Under the pieces are notes generated by a model. The model saw nothing but the letters and a program-made list of their open reading frames with translations. It searched no databases and was not told the DNA's origin. Shown one piece after another: positions 11,148 to 20,317 of a stretch of 64,000 nucleotides of DNA. A program made the position numbers and the translations under genes. Origin of the DNA: an uncultured Veillonellaceae bacterium (GTDB lineage: Bacteria > Bacillota > Negativicutes > JARBTT01). The first letter of the stretch is position 1. Every line of letters starts with the position of its first letter. The stretch lies in the NCBI GenBank assembly GCA_963805085.1, contig CAWDTA010000002.1:1920001-1984000 (forward strand), written 5' to 3'.

Positions 11148-11354
11148 TCAATATCACTCCATACATTTTGCTTGAGCTTCAGTAGTGCTTAATAAAGCAA
11201 GGAAAACTAGGATGAAAACTTTATACACTAGATCAATATAGTATTAAAATATTACAAAAAAATATAATTTGCAAGGGATTTGTTCTAAATGAATAAGAAT
11301 AGTACAATATAATCTAGGAGCTTTTAGACGCTAGAGAAACGTCAGGCAACTGAA

Positions 11355-11480
11355 TTACGCACTGTCGTAGTTTTGGTAATGCAAGCAAAATAAAATTATG
11401 CACTAAGTTTTATTTTAATGGTACTGCATAATAAATTATTGCATTATCTGAAAATTCAAGCAATAATAACTTATGCACTA
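11355..11480. promoter_or_regulatory. Candidate activator-binding repeats (TTAYGCACT)
   Basis: ttacgcact 11355, ttatgcact 11396 and 11471, and an inverted near-copy actgcataa at 11423. Confidence 0.4.
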
Positions 11481-11483
11481 GTT

Positions 11484-11499
11484 TGGCATGGAATTTGCG
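11484..11499 (+). promoter_or_regulatory. Sigma54 -24/-12 promoter of the PTS operon
   Basis: TGGCATGGAATTTGCG matches TGGCAC-N5-TTGC with correct spacing, 70 nt upstream of EIIA. Confidence 0.88.
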
Positions 11500-11568
11500 A
11501 TATAATAGGGCAAGGGATTAACCATCAAATAACAAAGCAAGTATATACAGATAAAGGAGGTGGCAATT

Positions 11569-12030
11569 ATGAGCGAATCACTTTTACATGACGAATTAGT
11601 TTTGTTAGATTGCAGTGCCAATGATAGTGAAGAACTATTAACAAAGTTAGCAGCAATCTTAAAAGAACAAGGCTATGTAAAAGATAGTTATACGCAAGCG
11701 ATTATCGATAGAGAAAAGGTTTTTCCTACAGGCTTAAATACACCTGGAGCGAAAGTGGTCATGCCACACACCGATCCAGTTCATGTAAATAAAGCAGCAA
11801 TTTTAGTTGCAAAGTTGAGGAATCCTGTGCTGTTCAAAGAGATGGGCAACAGTGGAAAATCGGTAGAGGCAAGTCTGGTATTTATGCTAGCCGTGACCGA
11901 TCCCAAAGGGCATTTAGCAACCTTGAGTAAACTGATGTCCATTTTCTCAGATGGGGAAAAACTACTAGGTTTATATAACGCAGAAACAAAAAACGAGATG
12001 ATCAATCAGTTGGATGAAATTTTAGCTTGA
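11569..12030 (+). CDS. PTS EIIA component (galactitol/fructose-mannitol type)
   Basis: REKVFPTGL and MPHTD phospho-His motif; AAAGGAGG RBS. Confidence 0.9.
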   Translation: MSESLLHDELVLLDCSANDSEELLTKLAAILKEQGYVKDSYTQAIIDREKVFPTGLNTPGAKVVMPHTDPVHVNKAAILVAKLRNPVLFKEMGNSGKSVEASLVFMLAVTDPKGHLATLSKLMSIFSDGEKLLGLYNAETKNEMINQLDEILA

Positions 12031-12076
12031 TGCTTTGCGATAAAAGCTAAAATTTAAAATAAAAAAGGAGTGCTTT

Positions 12077-12361
12077 ATGATGAAAAAAATCTTTGTTGCT
12101 TGTGGTTCCGGCGTGGCAACCTCTCAGACCGTGGCATCTAAAATTGGTAATATGTGTGAAGATGAGGGGCTAAATGTATCAGTAGAAGCTGTGGATATCA
12201 AATCGTTAGAAAGTATTATTGATCAATGTGATATCTATGTGTCTATTGTATCAACCGGGGCTAATAACTGGAACATTCCAACTATCAGTGGAATTCCGTT
12301 CTTGACAGGGATGGGAATGGAGGAGGAATTTGAAAAGTTAAAACAATTTATAGCGCAGTAA
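12077..12361 (+). CDS. PTS EIIB component (galactitol family)
   Basis: VACGSGVATS phospho-Cys motif. Confidence 0.92.
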   Translation: MMKKIFVACGSGVATSQTVASKIGNMCEDEGLNVSVEAVDIKSLESIIDQCDIYVSIVSTGANNWNIPTISGIPFLTGMGMEEEFEKLKQFIAQ

Positions 12362-12515
12362 GTAAACTATGCAAAGTCGATTCAATAAAAAAAGAGCCTC
12401 CTAGCTCAATGAGCGAAGGAAGCCAAAAAGAAATTATACAAACTAATTATATCATATAAATACAAAATTTTTTAAATTTGATCTTACTAAAATTATATAG
12501 TTAGGAGATGGAAAA

Positions 12516-13862
12516 ATGGAAGCGATATTAAATTATATATTAGGTTTAGGCGCGGCAATTTTCTTACCTGTTATTATGATTGCCTTGGGTTTGGCAATGA
12601 AAATGAAAGTAAAAAGAGCGATTATTGCTGGCTTAACTTTAGGGATAGCCTTTACAGGGATGAACGTAGTTTTAGGATTTATGTTTGATGCGATTAGTCC
12701 TGCGGCTACGGCTTTGGTTCAAAGAACGGGGTTGCAATTAACCGCAATTGACGTTGGCTGGTCGCCAATGGCAGCGATTGCCTGGGCTTGGCCATATGCG
12801 CTGGTCCTATTCCCATTACAAATTATCATCAATTTAATTATGCTAGGGCTTAGATGGACCAACTGTTTAAACGTGGATTTGTGGAATGTATGGGGAAAAA
12901 TCTTCATTGCATCGATGGTTACGGCACTTACAGGAAGTTTACTCTTAGGTTTTTTTGCAGCAGCAGTACAGATTATTTTGGAATTAATCAATGCCGATCT
13001 TACACAAAAACAATTACAACATATCACGAAAATACCTGGAGTAACTTGTACGCATCCAATGGCTTTACAATGTGCATTCTTGGGATTGCTAAATAGGGGA
13101 TTGGATTTTATTCCTGGAGTTAATAAAGTCAATATGAATGCAGCCCAAATGAAAGAAAAGCTTGGTATTTTTGGTGAAAATAGTGTTATGGGCTTCTTGG
13201 TTGGTGGTCTCATCGCTTTCATGGGCGGGTACGAGGTGAAAAAAATATTAATCACTGCCATGCAAGTATCCACAGCACTTGTGTTATTCCCGATGGTTGC
13301 AAAGTTATTCATGCAAGCGTTAGCACCGATTGCTGATGCAACGAGTACTTTCATGAAGAGCAAATTTAAAGGTAGAGAATTCTATGTTGGTCTGGACTGG
13401 CCGTTCTTAGCTGGTCAATCAGAAATTTGGGTAACTGCCATTGTTTTAGTGCCAATTGAATTAATATTGGCTTTGGTAATGAGTCAAATGGGGATGAATA
13501 ATGTAATTCCGTTGGCTTCAATTATCAATGTTGTTGTAGCAGTTCCAGCGCTGATCATCACGGGCGGTAATTTATTCCGCATGATTATTATATCGACCAT
13601 TGCAACACCAGTTTACCTTGCTGTAGCAACTAGTTTCGCGCCGATGATTACTGAAATGGCAGCTACTACAGGTACGCTGCAAGTAAATGCTGGACAATTT
13701 ATCACTTGGATTCAATTGGAGGCACCAGAATTTAGATGGTCAATCGCACATGCGTTAAATGGGGAAATCGGTGGGATTGCAGCACTTGCAGCTTTTGCTG
13801 GAGCCTTTGTTTGGTACTACAAACATATGCAAAAAATTAACGCTGAACTAGATAATAAATAA
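12516..13862 (+). CDS. PTS EIIC component (GatC family)
   Basis: Polytopic membrane protein with DVGW, LNVDLWN and VGLDW GatC motifs. Confidence 0.9.
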   Translation: MEAILNYILGLGAAIFLPVIMIALGLAMKMKVKRAIIAGLTLGIAFTGMNVVLGFMFDAISPAATALVQRTGLQLTAIDVGWSPMAAIAWAWPYALVLFPLQIIINLIMLGLRWTNCLNVDLWNVWGKIFIASMVTALTGSLLLGFFAAAVQIILELINADLTQKQLQHITKIPGVTCTHPMALQCAFLGLLNRGLDFIPGVNKVNMNAAQMKEKLGIFGENSVMGFLVGGLIAFMGGYEVKKILITAMQVSTALVLFPMVAKLFMQALAPIADATSTFMKSKFKGREFYVGLDWPFLAGQSEIWVTAIVLVPIELILALVMSQMGMNNVIPLASIINVVVAVPALIITGGNLFRMIIISTIATPVYLAVATSFAPMITEMAATTGTLQVNAGQFITWIQLEAPEFRWSIAHALNGEIGGIAALAAFAGAFVWYYKHMQKINAELDNK

Positions 13863-13875
13863 TATCAGCCTTTAG

Positions 13876-14038
13876 ATAAACTATGGACAGACAGGCCGCG
13901 GGTCGGCGATAAGCACTCATCTGCGCCCTCCGACAAGGTGCTGCTCGTCGACGTACAAAAGTACGACTCCTTCAGAGCTCCTTGCCTAGCATCTGAGTAC
14001 TTCTCACCAACTGGCAGCCTATCTCCGTACTAGTTTAT
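13876..14038. repeat. ~160-nt imperfect palindromic intergenic element (REP/MITE-like)
   Basis: ataaacta...tagtttat ends; arms gataagcactcatctgc / gcatctgagtacttctc; apical cgtac-aaaa-gtacg hairpin; GC-richer than flanks. Confidence 0.65.
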
Positions 14039-14158
14039 AAGTGGAACGGATTTAGATATTTTCTAAATCATCGACACAAATATTTTATTTTGTCGACAGC
14101 CTGTAATATATATATTGTTTTGTAAGATAAAAAATGTACATGAAATGGAGAGATTTAA

Positions 14159-14824
14159 ATGTTAGAAGAATTAAAACAACAAGTCGTAAAATATGCATTG
14201 AGTGCCGATCGTTCGGGATTGTGCAAACATAGAGCTGGTAACTTTAGTGCCCGAGATCCTAAGACTGGCTATGTGTGTATCACTCCTACGGGTGTAGATA
14301 GAGAAGAATTAAGTTATCATGATATTTGTGTAATTGATTTAGAGGCGAATGTAATTGAAGCAGAAACAGGGCTAAGACCGACCAGTGAATCTTTGATGCA
14401 TTTGGCGGCTTACAAATCTAGACCAGATATCAATGCAGTTGCGCATACGCATTCTCGCTATGCAACTTCGTTTGCAGTACTCAAAAAAGAAATTCCCGCG
14501 ATTGTCTATGAAGTAGCAGCACTTGGTTGTAAAAAAGGTTACATTCCATTGGCACAATATGGCCGTCCAGGTACACCAGAGCTTGCACAAAGTGTTGTGG
14601 AACCATTGCAAATTGCGGATGTTGCTTTAATGGAAAGTCATGGTGTTATCGCGGTAGACAAGGAGTTAAAAGAAGCATTGTTAAAAGCACATTATGTGGA
14701 AGAGTTAGCGGAAATTTACTATCGCACATTGATGATAAATGGTGGGAAAGAGCCACACACGGTGCCATTAGAAGAGTTGCAACAATGGGAATATCCGAAA
14801 GAGATTAAACTGTTGAAAAAATAA
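14159..14824 (+). CDS. Class II aldolase/epimerase (FucA/AraD family)
   Basis: AGNFSAR, ITPTG, PTSE..MH, HTHS and SHGV Zn-binding motifs. Confidence 0.9.
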   Translation: MLEELKQQVVKYALSADRSGLCKHRAGNFSARDPKTGYVCITPTGVDREELSYHDICVIDLEANVIEAETGLRPTSESLMHLAAYKSRPDINAVAHTHSRYATSFAVLKKEIPAIVYEVAALGCKKGYIPLAQYGRPGTPELAQSVVEPLQIADVALMESHGVIAVDKELKEALLKAHYVEELAEIYYRTLMINGGKEPHTVPLEELQQWEYPKEIKLLKK

Positions 14825-14832
14825 TAGATTTG

Positions 14833-15022
14833 GAAGGCAGATAAGTTGCAACGAAAATCAGCAAGTCGGCAAAAGGCGAATCTGGGGCTAGTTATGATTC
14901 AAAGACCACAATGAAGGCTAAACTCCCTGCGGTCAGGCAAAAAGCCTTCAAAGCTAAGTAGTAGTAAGATTCGTCTGTATTGCCTTTGTTGAACGATTTT
15001 CTTATGCGACTTATCTTCCTTC
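14833..15022. repeat. ~190-nt imperfect hairpin repeat, copy 1
   Basis: Near-identical to 15037-15223; terminal arms agataagttgca / tgcgacttatct; core aaactccctgcggtcag. Confidence 0.8.
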
Positions 15023-15036
15023 TTAGTTGTAGTGAA

Positions 15037-15223
15037 AAACAGATAAGTTGCAACGAAAATCAGCAAGTCGGCAAAAGGCGAATCTGGGGCTAGTTATGAT
15101 TCAAAGACCACAATGAAGGCTAAACTCCCTGCGGTCAGACAGTGAGCCTTCAAAGCTAAGTGGTAGTAAGATTCATCTGTATTGCCTTTGTTGAAAAATT
15201 TTTCTTATGCAAATTATCTGTTT
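15037..15223. repeat. ~190-nt imperfect hairpin repeat, copy 2
   Basis: Tandem copy of 14833-15022. Confidence 0.8.
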
Positions 15224-15300
15224 ATGGCTAAAGCTTAATGGCAAGGGCTTTACTCTTGTCCGCTATTTTTAGGAAAATAACAAGTGTGAGGAGAAGGAAA

Positions 15301-16305
15301 ATGAAAAAATTAATTAATAAACCGGAAGATTTTGCGCGGGAGACGGTTGAAGGGATCGTTTTGGCTCATCCGGAAAGTTTGAAAATGGTCAATGGAAGCT
15401 TTCATTGTTTGGTACGGGCGGATGAAAAGAAAGCTGGTAAGGTAGCGATTGCTACTGGTGGTGGTTCGGGGCATTTACCTGTATTTCTAGGCTATGTTGG
15501 TTATGGACTTGCCGATGGTGTAACGGTTGGTAATGTATTTGCATCGCCAAGTGCCCAGGCAATGCATGAAGTGGATAAAGCGATACATGCTGGGGCGGGT
15601 GTACTTCATCTTTATGGGCGTTATGGCGGCGATATCATGAATTTCGGTATGGCGGCGGATTTAGCCGAAATGGAAGATATCGAAGTAACGGAAGTTTTGG
15701 TAACCGATGATGTTGCTTCGGCGCCAAAAGGAAAAGAAGATAAACGGCGCGGGGTAGCGGGGCTGGTATTTGCTTATAAAGTAGCCGGTGCGGCAGCAGA
15801 AAAAATGCTTTCGTTAGCGGAAGTAACTAGAATAGCAAAAAAAACAGTAGATCATACCAGAACGATGGGCGTTGCTTTAACCCCTTGTATCGTACCGGAA
15901 GCTGGCAAAGCTACGTTTAGTATTCAGGAAGATGAAATGGAAATTGGGATGGGCATTCATGGTGAACCTGGGATCAATCGCACAAAATTGCAGTCGATTG
16001 ATGATGTTGTAACTGAAATTTTAAATAAAATTATCGAAGATTTACCGTATACTTCTGGTGATGAAGTAGCGATTTTAGTGAATGGTCTTGGTGGAACTCC
16101 GAAAGAAGAATTGTATCTTGCTTATCGCAAAGCACAGCAGATATTAACGAAAAAAGGAATCAAAATTCATCGCAAATATATTGGTGAATATGCGACTTCT
16201 CTTGAGATGGCTGGTATGTCGATTAGTTTATTGAAATTAGATAATGAATTAAAAGAGTTTGTCGATGCACCATGCTATTCGCCATTTTTTGAACAAACGC
16301 GTTAA
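15301..16305 (+). CDS. dhaK: Dihydroxyacetone kinase family, K subunit
   Basis: MKKLINKP, GGGSGH, GNVFASP, RRGVAG, GMGIHGEPG; ATG at 15301 after GAGGAG. Confidence 0.92.
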   Translation: MKKLINKPEDFARETVEGIVLAHPESLKMVNGSFHCLVRADEKKAGKVAIATGGGSGHLPVFLGYVGYGLADGVTVGNVFASPSAQAMHEVDKAIHAGAGVLHLYGRYGGDIMNFGMAADLAEMEDIEVTEVLVTDDVASAPKGKEDKRRGVAGLVFAYKVAGAAAEKMLSLAEVTRIAKKTVDHTRTMGVALTPCIVPEAGKATFSIQEDEMEIGMGIHGEPGINRTKLQSIDDVVTEILNKIIEDLPYTSGDEVAILVNGLGGTPKEELYLAYRKAQQILTKKGIKIHRKYIGEYATSLEMAGMSISLLKLDNELKEFVDAPCYSPFFEQTR

Positions 16306-16320
16306 GAGGAGCGAGAATAA

Positions 16321-16953
16321 ATGGAAAAAATCACAAAAGAATCTTTAAAAGATATTTTGGGTAATATCGTAAAAATTATGGAAGCGGAAAAAGAATATCT
16401 GATCGAACTTGATAGTGCAATGGGCGATGGTGATTTAGGTCTTACTATGCATACAGGTTTCAATGCTGTTTATGCAGAAATTGATCAACTAGATGAAACA
16501 GATATGGGCAAACTATTTATGAAACTTGGTATGAAAATGAACTCGGTAGTTCCGTCTACTATGGGAACGCTCATTTCTACTTGTTTTGTAAAAGCGGCTC
16601 CAAAAGCAAAAGGTAAAACGGAACTGGCACTTTCTGATATCGTTGAAATGGGGCAGGCTGCGGTGCAGGGGGTTATGGAGCGCGGTAAAAGTAAAGTGGG
16701 TGATAAAACGATGCTTGATGCGCTAGCACCTGCTGTAGAAGCCTTAGGTGTGGCAGAAAAAGCTGGGCAGTCACTGGCTGAGGCTAATATAGCTGCCTAT
16801 CAAGCAACCATTGATGGTGTGGAAAAGACGAAAACAATGCAATCGGTACATGGGAGAGCGGCTTATTATAATGAAAAATCCATTGGTCATCCAGACTCTG
16901 GTGCAGTTGCCGTTATGTTTATCTTTAAAGGTATTCGTCAAAGTTTTGTATAA
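16321..16953 (+). CDS. dhaL: Dihydroxyacetone kinase family, L subunit
   Basis: LDSAMGDGDLG, GDKTMLDAL, GRAAY and DSGA motifs. Confidence 0.92.
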   Translation: MEKITKESLKDILGNIVKIMEAEKEYLIELDSAMGDGDLGLTMHTGFNAVYAEIDQLDETDMGKLFMKLGMKMNSVVPSTMGTLISTCFVKAAPKAKGKTELALSDIVEMGQAAVQGVMERGKSKVGDKTMLDALAPAVEALGVAEKAGQSLAEANIAAYQATIDGVEKTKTMQSVHGRAAYYNEKSIGHPDSGAVAVMFIFKGIRQSFV

Positions 16954-16967
16954 CTTAAAAAGCATTG

Positions 16968-17010
16968 ACCGCTTGTACTTCGCAAAAGCTGAGGAGCAAG
17001 CGGTTTTTTT
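16968..17010 (+). terminator. Intrinsic terminator
   Basis: accgcttg...caagcggt stem followed by a T-run. Confidence 0.7.
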
Positions 17011-17253
17011 ATCGTAGAAAACATTAGCGCCTCAGAGCTTTCATGCATAAAAAATAAAAAGTTGAATATGATAATTTTCGTGTATAGATTAAAGTAAGTA
17101 GAGGAGTATAAAATAGGTTTACAGTGAAATCTTAGAATTATAGATAAAAATATATTAGTCAATATAAATCAAATATATTATAATATAACATAGAGTAAAT
17201 ATTCACAATCTAATAATTGTGATATTGCATAAAATTATTAGGAGGCTTATCAA

Positions 17254-19242
17254 TTGAGTACAATAGATACAAAATCAGTAAATGCAATTCGAATCTTAGC
17301 TGCCGATGCAGTACAAAAAGCAAATTCAGGACATCCAGGATTACCACTTGGCAGTGCAGCAATGGCCTATGAATTATGGGCAAAACACATGAAGCACAAC
17401 CCTAAAAATCCAAAATGGGCCAACAGAGACCGTTTCGTTCTTTCTGGTGGTCATGGATCAACCCTTTTATATTCCCTACTACATTTATTCGGCTACGGTA
17501 ACTTATCCGTAGAAGACTTAGCACAGTTTAGACAAGAAGGTTCCCTAACCCCAGGTCATCCAGAATACGGTCACACCGTTGGTATCGAAGCAACCACCGG
17601 CCCTCTAGGCGCAGGTATGGGCATGGCAGTCGGGATGGCAATGGCAGAAGCACATCTATCCGCTGTATTCAACAAACCAGAATATCCTGTAGTCGACCAC
17701 TATACATACGCATTGGGTGGCGATGGCTGCATGATGGAAGGTATTTCATCCGAAGCCTTCTCACTTGCCGGAACACTAGCATTAGATAAACTCATCGTAC
17801 TATACGATAGCAATAAAATCTCCATCGAAGGCAGTACCGAACTTGCTTTCACCGAAGACGTAGGCAAAAGAATGGAAGCCTTCGGATTCCAAATCCTAAC
17901 CGTAGAAGACGGTAACGACCTAGTCGAAATCGGTAAAGCAATTGAGGCCGCAAAAGCAGAAAAAACAAAACCATCCTTCATTATCGTCAATACACAAATC
18001 GGCTACGGCTGCCCAGCAAAACAAGGCAAAGCCAGCGCACATGGCGAACCACTAGGCGCTGACAACGTAACAGCACTTAAAGAAAACCTCGGTTGGGACA
18101 AACAAGATGCATTCTACGTACCAGACGAAGTATATAAAAACTACAAACAGATTGCTGAACAAAATGCAAAAGTAGAAGAAGAATGGAATGCTCTATTTAC
18201 AAACTACGCAAAAGCATATCCAGAGCAAAAACAATTATGGGACAAATACTATGCAGAAAATCCAGCTAAAGATCTAATCAACGATGAAGCTTTCTGGGCG
18301 TTCCCTGACAAAGCCGATGCTACCAGAAACCTATCTGGTATGGTCATCAACCGCATCAAAGATATTCTGCCAAACTTCATCGGTGGTAGTGCAGACCTTG
18401 CACCATCGAACAAAACCAACATGAAAGATGCAGGCGACTACTCCAAAGAAAACTACGCAGGCAGAAACATTCACTTTGGCGTAAGAGAACTATCAATGGC
18501 GGCTATCGGAAATGGACTAGCCTTACATGGCGGACTAAAAGCTTTCGTAGCAACCTTCTTCGTATTTAGCGACTACGTAAAACCAATGGCAAGACTAAGT
18601 GCGCTTATGGGATTACCATTAACTTTCGTACTAACACATGACAGTATCGGTGTAGGCGAAGACGGACCAACCCACGAACCAATCGAACAACTCGCAATGC
18701 TAAGAGCAATGCCAAACTTCACCGTATTTAGACCAGCCGATGCAACCGAAACAATCGCAGGCTGGTACTATGCAATCACAAATCAAACAACACCAACAGG
18801 ACTCGTACTAACTAGACAAAACCTACCACAACTACAAGGCTCAAGCAAAGAAGCCTTAAAAGGTGGTTATATACTACAAGATGCAAATAAAGCACAGGCC
18901 GATGCCATTATCATTGCAAGTGGTTCCGAAGTAGAACTAGCAGTCAATGCAAAAGCAGAGCTAGCCAAAGAAAACATCGACGTAAGAGTCGTAAGTATGC
19001 CATCAATAGATTTATTTGAGCAGCAATCAGAGGCATACAAAGAAAGTGTATTACCGAAAAGAGTAAGAGCCAGAGTAGCAGTAGAAGCAGGAGCAGACTT
19101 TGGCTGGGGTAAATACATTGGCCTCGATGGTAAAACAGTAACAATGCCAGGCTTCGGCGCATCCGCACCAGCAAGCATATTGTTCAAAAAATTTGGCTTT
19201 ACAACTGAGAATGTTGTAAAAACAGTAAAAGAAGTATTATAA
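17254..19242 (+). CDS. tkt: Transketolase
   Basis: SGHPG, NRDRFVLSGGHGS, GDGCMMEG and THDSIGVGEDGPTHEP; TTG start after AGGAGG. Confidence 0.97.
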   Translation: MSTIDTKSVNAIRILAADAVQKANSGHPGLPLGSAAMAYELWAKHMKHNPKNPKWANRDRFVLSGGHGSTLLYSLLHLFGYGNLSVEDLAQFRQEGSLTPGHPEYGHTVGIEATTGPLGAGMGMAVGMAMAEAHLSAVFNKPEYPVVDHYTYALGGDGCMMEGISSEAFSLAGTLALDKLIVLYDSNKISIEGSTELAFTEDVGKRMEAFGFQILTVEDGNDLVEIGKAIEAAKAEKTKPSFIIVNTQIGYGCPAKQGKASAHGEPLGADNVTALKENLGWDKQDAFYVPDEVYKNYKQIAEQNAKVEEEWNALFTNYAKAYPEQKQLWDKYYAENPAKDLINDEAFWAFPDKADATRNLSGMVINRIKDILPNFIGGSADLAPSNKTNMKDAGDYSKENYAGRNIHFGVRELSMAAIGNGLALHGGLKAFVATFFVFSDYVKPMARLSALMGLPLTFVLTHDSIGVGEDGPTHEPIEQLAMLRAMPNFTVFRPADATETIAGWYYAITNQTTPTGLVLTRQNLPQLQGSSKEALKGGYILQDANKAQADAIIIASGSEVELAVNAKAELAKENIDVRVVSMPSIDLFEQQSEAYKESVLPKRVRARVAVEAGADFGWGKYIGLDGKTVTMPGFGASAPASILFKKFGFTTENVVKTVKEVL

Positions 19243-19248
19243 GAATAA
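18743..19248 (+). repeat. Left copy of ~500-bp direct repeat (tkt 3' end) bounding the island
   Basis: Aligns with 33874-34379. Confidence 0.92.
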
Positions 19249-19257
19249 GATAAATGA

Positions 19258-19293
19258 AAAATGCGCTATCGCGATTTGCGATAGCGCATTTTT
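19258..19293 (+). terminator. Intrinsic terminator
   Basis: aaaaatgcgctatcgc-gattt-gcgatagcgcattttt. Confidence 0.85.
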
Positions 19294-19406
19294 GTGTAAA
19301 AAACTATATAAAATTAAGGTTTAACTAACCATTATTTCCATTAAAAATATGATTTATCCTTCATAAACTTAGAATCTATTATTTTAAATCTATTATTTTA
19401 AATCTA

Positions 19407-19721
19407 TTATTTTTTCATATTCTTTATTTTCTGTAAGGCTTGATTATAAGCAGCATCACTTACATTAAATATTTTTTGAACATCTTTCCACGTATTAGAT
19501 TTTGTTTTCTTTGCTGCAACTGTAGATATTGAATTACTACTTGCAACTGCGATAGCTCCAGCAGATTGTATATCTGAATCAGAATATCCTTTTGCTTTTA
19601 AGGCATCAATTTCTGATTTTGCCTGACTTTCACTAGAAGATGCAAAAACAACTGCATTGGTATTGAAAAAAGTTACCGTTGCAAAAGACAAAAGCATAGA
19701 AAAACATAATGCTACAACCAT
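19407..19721 (-). CDS. Small exported hypothetical protein
   Basis: Hydrophobic N-terminus ending VFA; in-frame upstream RKKINKK n-region. Confidence 0.6.
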   Translation of the reverse strand: MVVALCFSMLLSFATVTFFNTNAVVFASSSESQAKSEIDALKAKGYSDSDIQSAGAIAVASSNSISTVAAKKTKSNTWKDVQKIFNVSDAAYNQALQKIKNMKK

Positions 19722-19829
19722 TTTTTTATTTATTTTTTTACGTAAAACCCTCCCGTATATTATAGATTCATAAGTTTATATACAAAAATGAATGAGTTGT
19801 TTTAAGTGTGTACGAAAGTTAGTAGCAGC

Positions 19830-19902
19830 GCAAACCGTCACCTTGTCTTATATATTTAGTGTTTGCACTTTTATAGTACTAAAGGACCGCCCCCCTAGTC
19901 TT
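19830..19902 (+). repeat. Two REP-like motifs (gcaaaccgtcaccttgtctt; aaaggaccgcccccctagtc)
   Basis: First is 19/20 identical to 32104-32123; second resembles the RAYT 3' flank aaaggaacgtcccctagtgtc. Confidence 0.7.
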
Positions 19903-20317
19903 AATAAAAGCTTAGTGTAACAGTCCATTTAGCTATAATTATTATCAAATTATAAAAACTGGTAGCGTGTTTCATACGATACCAGTTTTTATTACGCTCT
20001 TTCTCATAGGACTATATTACTAATTTAACTAAAAACATTGACAAATAGCAGGAAAATGAAAATTAGTTTAGAATTGTGTCAATATAGTAAATTTTTGCAT
20101 GTATTGTAAAGGATTATGAAGATAAACAAGTTAAAATGAATGGAGTCACTATGCAAAAAAATAAATATGATCTCAGAAAAATTAGTACTATTGTCATTGC
20201 TTCTTTTTTTATGCTGCAATTGGGCAATGGGTTTAAAACAGCGAATCAAGTCTTTGGCTTTCAGATTAATTACCAATATTAAGGATTAAATAGGAAAAAA
20301 CTCATGGAGGAGAAAAA

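Noticed and set aside
12719-13363. 214-aa ORF antisense to EIIC
   Set aside because: Fully overlaps a well-supported gene; no independent evidence.
14833-15223. Possible CRISPR array or riboswitch
   Set aside because: Only two ~190-nt units, no repeat-spacer periodicity, and no riboswitch consensus I recognise.
19372-19415. Triple aatctattatttt repeat
   Set aside because: Short AT-rich slippage repeat at a gene end with no further support.
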